Part shown: positions 23,849-33,134 of the stretch, one piece after another
Layout: each line of letters starts with the position of its first letter
Numbering within the stretch: position 1 is the first letter of the stretch
Assembly (NCBI GenBank): GCA_963715985.1
Contig: CAVQSP010000013.1
Coordinates: forward strand, 320,001 to 384,000
Origin: an uncultured Thermoleophilia bacterium
GTDB lineage: Bacteria; Actinomycetota; Thermoleophilia; UBA2241
Length of the DNA stretch: 64,000 nucleotides
Reading direction: 5' to 3'
The notes under the pieces: generated by a model
The model's database searches: none
What the model was told of the DNA's origin: nothing
The model's input: only the letters and a program-made list of their open reading frames with translations
Made by a program: the position numbers and the translations under genes

Positions 23849-23910
23849 GGCGACAGTCTATCGCGTCGCAGGCGCGCGTTCAGCCGAGATCGTGCGCTCA
23901 CCCAGTGCGC

Positions 23911-25416
23911 TCACCCCGCGCGCTCGGCGATGCCGGCGCTCACCGCGCGCAGCATGCCGGCGGCCTTGTGCAGCGTCTCGCGGTACTCGCGTTCCGGCAC
24001 CGAGTCGGCGACGATGCCGCCGCCGACCTGCAGGAAGAGCCGGTCGCCGACCCGCACCAGAGTCCGGATGACGATGTTGAGGTCGAGGGCGTGCTCCGCG
24101 ATCCACCCGAACGAACCCGTGTACGGGCCGCGGCGCGTGGGCTCGAGCTCGTCGATGATCTCCATGCAGCGCACCTTGGGGCAGCCCGTGATGGTGCCGC
24201 CGGGGAACATGGCGCGGATGAGGTCCACCGAGTCGCGGGACGCATGCAGGTGTCCGCGCACGTTGCTGACGATGTGGATGACGTGCGAGTAGTACTCGTT
24301 GACCATGAGCTCGGAGACCCGCACCGTGCCGTACTCGCACACCCTGCCGAGGTCGTTGCGCTCGAGGTCGACCAGCATGATGTGCTCGGCGCGGTCCTTG
24401 GGATCCAGGTTGAGCTCCTCGGTGAGAGCGTCGTCCTCGGGGGTGCGGTCGCCGCGCGGGCGGGTGCCGGCGATGGGGCGCGTCTCGGCCCAGCCGTCCA
24501 GACCCAGAGAGACGAGGCGCTCCGGGGAGGACGAGATGAGCTCGTAGTCGCCGAAGTGCAGGTAGCCGGCGAACGGTGACGGGTTCACGGTGCGCAGGGT
24601 CTGGTAGAGGTGAAGGCTCGGCAGCGCGTACATGCCGTCCAGGCGCTGCGAGAGATTGGCCTGGAAGATGTCGCCGGCGAACACGTACTCGCGGGTGCGC
24701 GCCACCACGGCCTCGTAGTCGGGACGGCTGAAGTTGGAGCGGAACACCGAGAGGTCGTTGCCGTGCAGCTCGGCGGGGGCGGGCGCCCGGGAGTGTGCGA
24801 GGGCGTCCCGTACGCGCGCGGCCTCGATGCCCGCCTGGGCGTCTGAGGCGGCGAGCCGGTCCAGGAGCAGGAGCTCGCCGCTCTCGAGGTCGTAGCGCAG
24901 CAGGCGGCCGGGCACGAAGACGTCGACGTCGGGCAGGCCGAGGTCGTCGCGGGTGCTGTCCGGCAGACGCTCGAGGTAGCGGACTGCGTCGTAGGCGATG
25001 AGCCCGACGGCGGCCTCTGCCTCCGGGAAGCCCTCGAAGGCTGCCCTCGCGGGTGAGGAGCCGGGCGCGGGTGCCGTCCCGGGCGCGGCCGCCGGCGCCG
25101 GCAGGGCGGCGAGCCGCGTGAGCCCGCGCAGCGCCTCGACCGGCGCCAGGTCCGCGAGCGCGCCGGCGCGCTCCGCCAGCTCGCGCGCCGCGGCGCTCCA
25201 CGACGGGTCGGGATGCGCCTCCGCGGACACGACGCCGGCCCGAGCCCGGAGTCGCACGACGGGATCCCAGGCCAGGTAGTGCCGGCGGGCCAACTGCGGC
25301 GACCCCCCGGCGGAGTCCAGGAGGGCGACCGGCGCACATCCCTCGAGCTCGAGGGCGCGCAGCAGGGTGACGGGGTCGAGCGACGGTGCGCTCAGGCGGG
25401 TGAGGACGGGCGGCAT
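23911..25416 (-). CDS. pabB: Aminodeoxychorismate synthase / anthranilate synthase component I
   Basis: [50 protein letters not shown] (PabB-like), GGGIV. Confidence 0.8.
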   Translation of the reverse strand: MPPVLTRLSAPSLDPVTLLRALELEGCAPVALLDSAGGSPQLARRHYLAWDPVVRLRARAGVVSAEAHPDPSWSAAARELAERAGALADLAPVEALRGLTRLAALPAPAAAPGTAPAPGSSPARAAFEGFPEAEAAVGLIAYDAVRYLERLPDSTRDDLGLPDVDVFVPGRLLRYDLESGELLLLDRLAASDAQAGIEAARVRDALAHSRAPAPAELHGNDLSVFRSNFSRPDYEAVVARTREYVFAGDIFQANLSQRLDGMYALPSLHLYQTLRTVNPSPFAGYLHFGDYELISSSPERLVSLGLDGWAETRPIAGTRPRGDRTPEDDALTEELNLDPKDRAEHIMLVDLERNDLGRVCEYGTVRVSELMVNEYYSHVIHIVSNVRGHLHASRDSVDLIRAMFPGGTITGCPKVRCMEIIDELEPTRRGPYTGSFGWIAEHALDLNIVIRTLVRVGDRLFLQVGGGIVADSVPEREYRETLHKAAGMLRAVSAGIAERAG

Positions 25417-25430
25417 GCGGAGCTGCGGGC

Positions 25431-26789
25431 TCAGTCCTCGCCGATGTCGTAGTCGTCGGCGCTGGGGCTGAGTGGCAGGAAGCGGGTGTAGTCCTTGTTG
25501 AAGGCGAGGCGCACCGTACCCACGCGGCCGTGTCGGTTCTTGGCGACTTTGAGCTTGACGACGCCCTTGGAGGCCGGGTCGCTGGCGTCCTCGTACAGGA
25601 ACAGGACGAGGTCCGCGTCCTGCTCGATGGCGCCGGACTCGCGGAGGTCCGAGAGATGCGGCTCGCCGCTGGCGCGCGCGTCCGGTGAGCGGTTGAGCTG
25701 GGAGACGGCGACGATGGGCACGTCCAGCTCGCGCGCCAGCTGTTTGAGGGAGCGCGAGATGTTGGCGACCTCCTGCTGGCGGTTCTCGGCCCGTGAGTCG
25801 CCGGCCATGAGCTGCAGGTAGTCGACGATGATGAGCGCGAGCTGCTGCTTGGCGCTCAGCCGCCGCGCTTTGGCGCGCAGCTCGAACATGTTGAGGTCCG
25901 ACGAGTCGTCGATGAAGATGTCGGCCTTCTCCAGGTGGCCGGCGGCCTGCACGAGCTTGGCCATGTCGTCGCCGGAGAGGCCGCCGGTGCGCAGCTTGTG
26001 GGAGCTCACGCGCGCCGACGAGCACATGAGGCGCTCGCCGAGCTCCAGGGAGCTCATCTCGAGGCTGAAGATGGCCACCGCGTGCCCGTGCTCCACGCCG
26101 ATGTTGTGGGCGATGTTGAGGGCCAGAGACGTCTTGCCGACGCCGGGACGCGCGGCGAGCACGATGAGGTTGGTCTTCTGGAAGCCGCCGGTGTAGCCGT
26201 CGATGCCGTCGAACCCGGTGGAGACGCCGCTCACGCCTTCGCCGCGCTGCATCTCCTCCAGGCGCTCGAAGTTGGCGACGAGGACCTGCTTGAGGTGCTG
26301 GAACTCGGCCACGCGGCGCTGCTGCTGGATGGCGAAGACCTTCTGCTCGCAGCGGTCGAGCAGCTCGGGGACGGTGCCCGGGTGCTGGTATCCCAGCTCC
26401 GCGATCTCGTTGCCGACCTTGATGAAGGCGCGCAGCACGCTCTGCTCACGCACGATGCCCGCGTAGTACACGGCGTTGGCCGCCGCGGGGACGAACTCGG
26501 CCAGCGTGTGCACGAACTCGCGGCCGCCGGCGCGCTCGAGCACGCCCTCCCGCTCGAGCTGCGCCGCGAGGGTGACGACGTCGACCTCTTCGCTGCGGCC
26601 CGTCAGGGTGACGATGGCCTTGAAGATGAGGCGGTGGGTGTCGCGGTAGAAGTCCTCCGCCACAAGTGACTCGGCCACCGCGGTGATGGCGTTGGGGTTG
26701 ACCAGCATGGCGCCCAGCACCGACTGCTCGGCCTCGAGGTCGTGCGGCGGAAGGTGCGTGACCGCGGTCTCGATGCGCTCGACTGCCAT
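25431..26789 (-). CDS. dnaB: Replicative DNA helicase
   Basis: [46 protein letters not shown]. Confidence 0.97.
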   Translation of the reverse strand: MAVERIETAVTHLPPHDLEAEQSVLGAMLVNPNAITAVAESLVAEDFYRDTHRLIFKAIVTLTGRSEEVDVVTLAAQLEREGVLERAGGREFVHTLAEFVPAAANAVYYAGIVREQSVLRAFIKVGNEIAELGYQHPGTVPELLDRCEQKVFAIQQQRRVAEFQHLKQVLVANFERLEEMQRGEGVSGVSTGFDGIDGYTGGFQKTNLIVLAARPGVGKTSLALNIAHNIGVEHGHAVAIFSLEMSSLELGERLMCSSARVSSHKLRTGGLSGDDMAKLVQAAGHLEKADIFIDDSSDLNMFELRAKARRLSAKQQLALIIVDYLQLMAGDSRAENRQQEVANISRSLKQLARELDVPIVAVSQLNRSPDARASGEPHLSDLRESGAIEQDADLVLFLYEDASDPASKGVVKLKVAKNRHGRVGTVRLAFNKDYTRFLPLSPSADDYDIGED

Positions 26790-26975
26790 GCCTGCTCCGG
26801 TGGTCCTCTGGGGTGACTGGGTCTCGCAGTCTACTCGCAAGACCACCCCGATGATAGCCGCCTCAGGGGACGGCTGCGAGGGTCCCGGCGAGTGCCGTCG
26901 GGAGGCGCAAACGGCGACGCCGGCGGCCTCTGGCCGCCGGCGTCGCCGGGAAGAGCTCGCGCCTCTGGCGCGGTG

Positions 26976-27422
26976 TTATTCGGGGACGACGATGGTCTTG
27001 ACCGAGGCCACGAAGCCGTCGGCGAGCTCCACGTCGATCTGGAACGTGCCGAGCTCCTTGATGGGCTCCTCGAGCAGCACCTTGCGCTTGTCGATGGTGA
27101 AGCCGCGAGCGTCCTTGATGGCGTCGGCGATGTCGGCCGCCGTGATGGAGCCGAACAGGTGACCGCCCTCGCCGGCCTTGGCGGCCACGGTGATGACGGT
27201 GCGGTTCAGCGTGGCCGTGAACTCCTCGGCCTGCGCCGCCATGCGTGACTCGCGCGCCTTGCGCTCTTCCTCGCGGCGCCGGAACTCGGCGATCTTGCCC
27301 GGCGTGGCCGGCTCGGCCAGCTTGCGCGGGATCAGGTAGTTGCGGGCGTAGCCCTTGGCGACGTTGGCGAGAGAGCCCTTGTCGCCAAGGTTCTCGACGT
27401 CCTGGAGCAGGATGACCTCCAT
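26976..27422 (-). CDS. rplI: 50S ribosomal protein L9
   Basis: MEVILLQDVENLG...GYARNYLIP, LFGSIT. Confidence 0.97.
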   Translation of the reverse strand: MEVILLQDVENLGDKGSLANVAKGYARNYLIPRKLAEPATPGKIAEFRRREEERKARESRMAAQAEEFTATLNRTVITVAAKAGEGGHLFGSITAADIADAIKDARGFTIDKRKVLLEEPIKELGTFQIDVELADGFVASVKTIVVPE

Positions 27423-27432
27423 GCAGCCCTCC

Positions 27433-27699
27433 TCAGCTGTTGACGTTGGGCAGGAGCGCCATCTCGCGGGCGCGCTTGACCGCCACGGCGACCTGGTTCT
27501 GGTGCCGCCGGCACGTGCCGGTGATGCGACGGGCACGGATCTTGCCCCGTTCTGACACAAGACGACGAAGGACCGTCAGGTCCTTGAAGTCGACCTCTTC
27601 GATGCTCTCTTCGCAGAACTGGCAGTGACGGCTGCGAGTCTGGCCGGCACCGCCGGCCTTTGGCTTCGCGCGCCGCGGCCTGGGTGGTGAAACGGGCAT
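27433..27699 (-). CDS. rpsR: 30S ribosomal protein S18 (zinc-binding C+ form)
   Basis: [28 protein letters not shown]. Confidence 0.96.
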   Translation of the reverse strand: MPVSPPRPRRAKPKAGGAGQTRSRHCQFCEESIEEVDFKDLTVLRRLVSERGKIRARRITGTCRRHQNQVAVAVKRAREMALLPNVNS

Positions 27700-27747
27700 G
27701 CGTGTTCTCTCCTCAGAGCGCCCGGCAGGGCGCCGTGTCATCGCGAC

Positions 27748-28233
27748 TCAGAACGGGATGTCGTCGTCCGCCTCGGCGAAGTCGCCGGGCGGCGGACCGT
27801 CGAGGCCCGCGTTGTTGAAGGTGGTGCCGGCGCCGCGCGCGGTGCCGCCCTGGGGAGCGGCGTAGCCGCCTTGGCCGCCGCCCTGGCCGCCGCCCTCACG
27901 CGGGCCGATGAACTGCACCCTGTCGGCGGCGATGCTCACGGCCTCGCGCTTCTGGCCGTCCTGCGTCTCCCACTGGCGCCAGCGCAGGCGGCCGGAGACG
28001 GCCACCTGGCGCCCGCGGGCGAGGTACTGCGCGCAGGTCTCGGCCTGGCGTCCGAAGACGTCCACGGTGAAGTAGTTCGCCTTCTCCACCCACTCGCCGG
28101 TGCCCTGATCCTTGACCTGGTCGTTGACGGCGATGCGCAGGCTGCACACGCTGGTGCCGCTCGGCGTCGCCTTCAGCTCAGGGTCACGCGTGAGGTTCCC
28201 GATGACGATGACGCTGTTGATTGACCCGGCCAC
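27748..28233 (-). CDS. ssb: Single-stranded DNA-binding protein
   Basis: GNLTRDPEL; acidic tail DDDIPF. Confidence 0.97.
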   Translation of the reverse strand: MAGSINSVIVIGNLTRDPELKATPSGTSVCSLRIAVNDQVKDQGTGEWVEKANYFTVDVFGRQAETCAQYLARGRQVAVSGRLRWRQWETQDGQKREAVSIAADRVQFIGPREGGGQGGGQGGYAAPQGGTARGAGTTFNNAGLDGPPPGDFAEADDDIPF

Positions 28234-28260
28234 GGGGCCTCCCTTCGCTGGAACGGACGG

Positions 28261-28548
28261 CTAGGACTTCAGCCGGATGGTCTTGACCCGCAAGACCTCG
28301 TCGGTGATGCCCAGGACACGCTCCACCTCGGCGAGAGTCTCGGGAGTGGCCGTGAACGTGATGACGGAGTAGACGCCTTCGGTCTCTTTCCTGATCTCGT
28401 AGGCCATCTTCTTCTTGCCCCACTCGTCGATGCCGGCCACTTGGCCTTTGCCCTTCTCGACGGTGGAACGAAGACGTTCCACGATCTCCTTCTGGCGCTC
28501 CTCATCAGCGTTCGGGTTCACGATGAGCATGAGCTCGTACTTGTTGAT
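28261..28548 (-). CDS. rpsF: 30S ribosomal protein S6, probable ATC start codon
   Basis: xNKYELMLI...WGKKKMAYEI...VLR; rpsF-ssb-rpsR synteny. Confidence 0.93.
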   Translation of the reverse strand: MNKYELMLIVNPNADEERQKEIVERLRSTVEKGKGQVAGIDEWGKKKMAYEIRKETEGVYSVITFTATPETLAEVERVLGITDEVLRVKTIRLKS

Positions 28549-28551
28549 CGC

Positions 28552-28605
28552 GATCACCTCCTGTGGTCTGCGCGGCCCCAGCCCGTGTGCTGGAGCAGGG
28601 GTGAC
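28552..28605 (-). promoter_or_regulatory. S6:S18 autoregulatory leader (CCG motif next to SD)
   Basis: Minus strand CCCCTGCTCCAGC-ACACGG-GCTGGGGCCGCGCAGACCACAGGAGGTG: hairpin, CCG, pyrimidine tract able to pair with the SD. Confidence 0.65.
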
Positions 28606-28742
28606 AAGCTGCCGTGTGACAGCATGAAGGGGCACTGTACCAGCCCCCGCCGGGTGCAGGCAAACCATAGCCCGGGGTCGGGACGGAAGGCGAGGGTGAC
28701 GCGGGGCCGCCGGCGGTGACGTTGGGGCGGCGGCCGCGGAGC

Positions 28743-29714
28743 TCAGGTCTCGGCGGCCAGACGGCTGCCCGCCGGGATGCCGGTGTCGACTTCCTGCAGC
28801 GCCAGCTCGCCGTCGCTCACGCCGCTCACGGCCCACAGGGCGGCGAGGCGCGGCAGGCCCTTCTCGTCGGAGTGCATGTGCGCGAACAGGGGCTTGACGG
28901 CGGCGAGCACGGCGCGGCCTTCGTCGCCGGCCTCGCCGAAGGCGCCGACGATCGTGTCCACGGCACGGCCCACCGAGTCGGCGCGTAGCGTCGCCATCCC
29001 GCCGATGTGTGTGTCCTCGGCGAGCAGGCGGAAGAACTCGCGCATCTCGGCGACGTGCATCTCGCCGACGACGAGGCGCCCGGGGCTCATGCGCCGTGCC
29101 TTGGCGAAGAGGGCGGGGATGTCGGTGTCGTCATCGACGCCCAGGCGTACGCAGAACGAGCGCTCCTTGAGGGCGGGGAGGTCGGGGCCGCGCTCCACGG
29201 CCACGAACCGCTCGTCCATCGAGATCAGCTCGAAGAGCGAGTTCAGCAGCGTCGACTTGCCCGTGGCCCGGTCCCCGAAGACGACGATCGTCCGCCGGTC
29301 GCCGAGCAGGCGGACCAGGCGGGCGGCCTGCCCGCCGCTGACGGTGCCGCCGTCCAGGAGGCCGCGGAAGGTGGTGGAGAGGACGCCCGGCGGCCCGATC
29401 TCTCCGGCGTACATGACGGACGTGTGCGAGTACAGCGTGGCGCGGCGGCTGACGAAGTGCTCGAGATACGCCGTGACCTGCGCCTTGAGGAGGCTGCGCA
29501 GGATCTCCAGGTGCTCGCGCGTGGTCTCCCCGAGACGAGCGCGCTCGAGGCGCGACACGGCGTCGTCGATCTCCTTGAGGAGGGCGGTCTGGACGGCGCG
29601 GAGAGCCTGGACCTGCCCGTCGGCGCGCGCCTCGCCGCCGTCGTTGAGGCCGACGCGCGCGGCGCCCGCCTCAGCGGCCCCGCCCGGGGCCTGCCCCGTT
29701 TCGTCGTCGAGCAT
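28743..29714 (-). CDS. Stand-alone VirB11/CpaF-like P-loop ATPase
   Basis: Last 323 aa of ORF 28743..34496; GDRATGKSTLL, AVE, RMSPGRLVVGE; GAGGAG RBS. Confidence 0.7.
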   Translation of the reverse strand: MLDDETGQAPGGAAEAGAARVGLNDGGEARADGQVQALRAVQTALLKEIDDAVSRLERARLGETTREHLEILRSLLKAQVTAYLEHFVSRRATLYSHTSVMYAGEIGPPGVLSTTFRGLLDGGTVSGGQAARLVRLLGDRRTIVVFGDRATGKSTLLNSLFELISMDERFVAVERGPDLPALKERSFCVRLGVDDDTDIPALFAKARRMSPGRLVVGEMHVAEMREFFRLLAEDTHIGGMATLRADSVGRAVDTIVGAFGEAGDEGRAVLAAVKPLFAHMHSDEKGLPRLAALWAVSGVSDGELALQEVDTGIPAGSRLAAET

Positions 29715-29843
29715 GCGTCGCTCCTCGCATGGTGTGCGGTCTGCCCCACCTATCGGCAGGACGGGCGGGGGAGTCGAGCAGGAGCCGCGCGGAGCCCCGA
29801 CGAGCCGTGCTTCCCCCGGCTCCGCTGGTGGTACAGTCGCGCC

Positions 29844-30092
29844 ATGGCGACGCCCTGTGACACCGTGACCGAGCGCCTGTTCGGGGGTCTCGAGCGGCGC
29901 ACGCTCGAGCGACGCGCGACCTGCGAGCCGCCCGTGGCCGAGGCGCTCGCCGCGCGCGCCCTGCGGGGCGTGCTGGGTCTGTCCGACGGGTCCGCCGGCG
30001 TCGTCCTCGTCCACAGCCTCCACGCAGGTGACGTTGCCCCGCTGCGCGGCGGTGACGCAGTGCCCCCGTTCCTCCCGCTTGGGGGAGGGTGA
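29844..30092 (+). CDS. Hypothetical protein
   Basis: 82 aa; extended -10 (TGGTACAGT) just upstream of ATG. Confidence 0.45.
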   Translation: MATPCDTVTERLFGGLERRTLERRATCEPPVAEALAARALRGVLGLSDGSAGVVLVHSLHAGDVAPLRGGDAVPPFLPLGGG

Positions 30093-30143
30093 GCTACGGA
30101 CGGGCGCTCCGGCGAGGTCTCCGGCTCCGGCGCGGGCCACGGC

Positions 30144-30863
30144 GTGGGCTCCGGCCCCGACCGTGGCCCCCTCGCGGGCGCCAGACGCCCGCGCCGGCAC
30201 CGGTTCGCGGTGGCCATCGTCGGCTTGCTCGCGGTGGCCAGCGTGGTGTGCGTCGGCCTCTTCCTCGCGCGCATGGCCTACTCCCACACGGTCGCCTACT
30301 GGTTCCTGATGTGGAACCTGGCGCTGGCTTGGGTGCCGTTCATCTTCGCCGGTGTCGCGTACACCTTGTCCACATCGCGGCGCACGCTCACCTACGTGCT
30401 CGTGATCTGCGCCGCCCTCGTGTGGCTGGTCTTCTTCCCCAACGCGCCGTACATCCTCACCGACTTCCTCCACCTTGGCAGCATGGGCGACAGCGTGCCG
30501 GGGTGGTACGACGTCCTGATGCTCTACTGGTACTCCTGGACCGGCCTGCTGCTCGGCGTGGTCTCGCTGTACCTCATGCAGGAGATCGTCGCCCGGGGCG
30601 CGGGCCGCCCCGTGAGCTGGGTCTTCGTCGTGGCGGTGTCGCTGGCGGGGAGCATCGGCACCTACCTGGGGCGGTTCCTGCGCTGGAACAGCTGGGACCT
30701 GCTGCGGCGGCCCATGCCCTTGGCCGGCGAGCTCTTCGGCAAGGTCACGGACCCGGCGTCGCAGCCCCGGCTCCTCGGCTTCACGGTGATGTTCGCGGCG
30801 CTGTTCCTCTTCATCTACATGGCCGTGTACATCTTCGCGAAGCTCGCCAAGCCGCAGGAGTAG
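30144..30863 (+). CDS. DUF1361 family membrane protein
   Basis: FLMWNLALAWVP, FFPNAPYILTDFLHL, YLGRFLRWNSWD; start uncertain. Confidence 0.88.
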   Translation: MGSGPDRGPLAGARRPRRHRFAVAIVGLLAVASVVCVGLFLARMAYSHTVAYWFLMWNLALAWVPFIFAGVAYTLSTSRRTLTYVLVICAALVWLVFFPNAPYILTDFLHLGSMGDSVPGWYDVLMLYWYSWTGLLLGVVSLYLMQEIVARGAGRPVSWVFVVAVSLAGSIGTYLGRFLRWNSWDLLRRPMPLAGELFGKVTDPASQPRLLGFTVMFAALFLFIYMAVYIFAKLAKPQE

Positions 30864-30929
30864 AGCGGCGGCTGACCCGCCTGCGCCGGCCCCTTGCCCG
30901 CTGCTGCGGCGCTGGGTACACTCGCGCGC

Positions 30930-31115
30930 ATGACCGCAGGCAACATCCCCCGCCTCATCGAGACCCTCCGCGCCACGGCCGGCGAGGACAAGCACCTCGC
31001 CTGCGCCGACGCCTTCAAGATCGCCCACGACCTCGACGTGCCGCTGGCCGAGGTCGGGCGGGCCTGCAACGAGCTGGGCATCAAGATGATGCAGTGCCAG
31101 CTCGGCTGCTTCTAG
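30930..31115 (+). CDS. Small Cys-containing protein (C..AF.IA...CQLGCF family of anaerobes)
   Basis: LACADAFKIA...GRACNELGIKMMQCQLGCF; TACACT 7 nt upstream. Confidence 0.8.
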   Translation: MTAGNIPRLIETLRATAGEDKHLACADAFKIAHDLDVPLAEVGRACNELGIKMMQCQLGCF

Positions 31116-31349
31116 AAGGCGGGCCCGTGCGGCGCGCGCGCCGCGCCGCCGCACGCCGCGATCCCGCCCGCCTCGCTCGTCACCCCCGTCCCCGCGGAAA
31201 ACTCTGTGCCAACAGTGTTTATCCCGCGTGCGCGCGGGAACAGCCTCAGTACTGAGAAGTAGTGCGTGCGGGCCCTGCGGAGGGGTGCTCCCTCCGGCCC
31301 GCTGTCGAGGTCGGGCTGCAGAGGCCGCGACCTCCGAGAGGTGAGGACG

Positions 31350-32984
31350 ATGGCGACGGTGATGAAGTCCGTGCATGTAGACGAGTACAAGATGTACGTG
31401 GGCGGGCGCTGGGTGGACGCCGACAGCGGCGAGACCACGGTGGTCGTGGACCCGTCCGCCGAGGAGGTCGTGGCGCGGGTGCCCAAGGCGGGCGTGGCGG
31501 ACGCCGAGCGCGCCGTGAAGGCCGCTCGCGAGGCGTTCGACAGCGGTCCGTGGCCGCGCCTGAAGGCGCTGGAGAGGGCTGCCGTGCTGCGCCGCGCGGC
31601 GGAGCTGCTGCGCGAGCGCGCCGAGGACCTCGCGCGCCTCGAGAGCAGGCAGATGGGCAAGCTCTACACCGAGGCCATCGTCGACGTCGCCGACGCGGCC
31701 CACACCTTCGACTACTACGCCGGCCTCGTGCTCGAGTCGGGCGGCGAGACGCTCGAGGTCCCCGGCGACACCATGAGCATGGTGGTCCGCGAGCCGGTCG
31801 GCGTCACCGTCGGCATCACGCCGTGGAACTACCCGCTGCTCATGGCCGCCTGGAAGGCCGCGCCGGCGCTGGCGGCCGGCAACGTGATGATCCTCAAGCC
31901 GGCGAGCGTCAGCCCGCTGACGTCGCTGGAGCTGGCTCGCGTCTTCGAGGAGGCCGGCCTTCCGGCCGGCGTCTTCCAGGTGCTCACGGGGCCCGGTGGA
32001 GAGATCGGCGACTACCTCGCAGCTCATCCCGCCGTGGACATGGTCGCCTTCACCGGCTCCGTGGACGTGGGCAAGAACATCATGCGCAAGGGCGCGGACA
32101 ACGTGAAGCGCGTCGGCCTCGAGCTCGGCGGCAAGAGCCCCAACATCGTGTTCGCCGACGCCGACTTCGAGGCTGCCATCGACGGCGCCCTGATCGGCAT
32201 CTTCGCCGGGACCGGCGAGGTGTGCTCGGCCGGCTCCCGGCTGCTCGTGGAGCGGTCCATCCACGACCGCTTCGTCGGTGAGCTCGTGAGCCGCGCCATG
32301 GCCATCAAGGTCGGTCCAGCGCTCGATGAGGAGAGCGAGATGGGGCCGCTGGTCTCGCGGCAGCAGCTCGACACGGTGGAACGGTACGTGAAGATCGGCC
32401 TCGAGGAGGGCGCCACGCTGGCCACCGGGGGCCGCCGTCTCGAGGGCCCCGGGATCTTCTACGAGCCGACCATCTTCACCGGCGTGGACAACAGCATGCG
32501 CATCGCGCAGGAGGAGATCTTCGGCCCCGTGCTGGTCGTGATCCCCTTCGACTCCGAGCAGGAGGCGATCGATATCGCCAACGACACCATCTACGGCCTC
32601 GCCGGGGCGGTGTGGACCAAGGACGTCGCGCGGGCGATGCGCGTCGTCAAGGCGCTGCGCGCCGGCATCACCTGGGTGAACACCTATCACCCGACCTACA
32701 GCGAGGCGCCCTGGGGAGGCTACAAGCAGAGCGGCGTCGGCCGCGAGCTGGGCACCTACGGGCTCGACGAGTACACGGAGGTCAAGCAGATCAACATCGA
32801 CCTGACCGGCGTCCCGATGGGCGTGTACCCGCGCGGCAAGACCGGTGCCGAGACGGCCGCGCGGAAGGACGGCGGGCGCGGCACGGTGGTGCCGCTGAGT
32901 GACCGCCGCCCGTTCCGCGGTGACGGGCAGGCCAAGCCCGAGAGCTGGGTGCAGTTCTGCGAGAACTGCCATCCGGGACAGTGA
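31350..32984 (+). CDS. NAD(P)-dependent aldehyde dehydrogenase (betaine/aminoaldehyde DH-like) with C-terminal extension
   Basis: ITPWNYP, FTGS, LELGGKSP, GEVCSAG, EEIFGP, PWGGYKQSG. Confidence 0.93.
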   Translation: MATVMKSVHVDEYKMYVGGRWVDADSGETTVVVDPSAEEVVARVPKAGVADAERAVKAAREAFDSGPWPRLKALERAAVLRRAAELLRERAEDLARLESRQMGKLYTEAIVDVADAAHTFDYYAGLVLESGGETLEVPGDTMSMVVREPVGVTVGITPWNYPLLMAAWKAAPALAAGNVMILKPASVSPLTSLELARVFEEAGLPAGVFQVLTGPGGEIGDYLAAHPAVDMVAFTGSVDVGKNIMRKGADNVKRVGLELGGKSPNIVFADADFEAAIDGALIGIFAGTGEVCSAGSRLLVERSIHDRFVGELVSRAMAIKVGPALDEESEMGPLVSRQQLDTVERYVKIGLEEGATLATGGRRLEGPGIFYEPTIFTGVDNSMRIAQEEIFGPVLVVIPFDSEQEAIDIANDTIYGLAGAVWTKDVARAMRVVKALRAGITWVNTYHPTYSEAPWGGYKQSGVGRELGTYGLDEYTEVKQINIDLTGVPMGVYPRGKTGAETAARKDGGRGTVVPLSDRRPFRGDGQAKPESWVQFCENCHPGQ

Positions 32985-33134
32985 CGGCGAGCGCGGCGTG
33001 GAGGCCGGACGGAGCCTCCGCGCCGCACCCCGACACCCTCGTCCGTTCGGGCCGGCGCCCGGACGGGTAGGGAGGGTCAAGATGCTGAGAGGCGCGTCAC
33101 AGCGCCGCAGGAGCCGGACGGGGAGGAGCCGACC

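Noticed and set aside
31196-31212. Sigma-54 promoter (minus strand TGGCAC-N5-TTTC)
   Set aside because: -12 element lacks the invariant GC and it points away from the ALDH operon.
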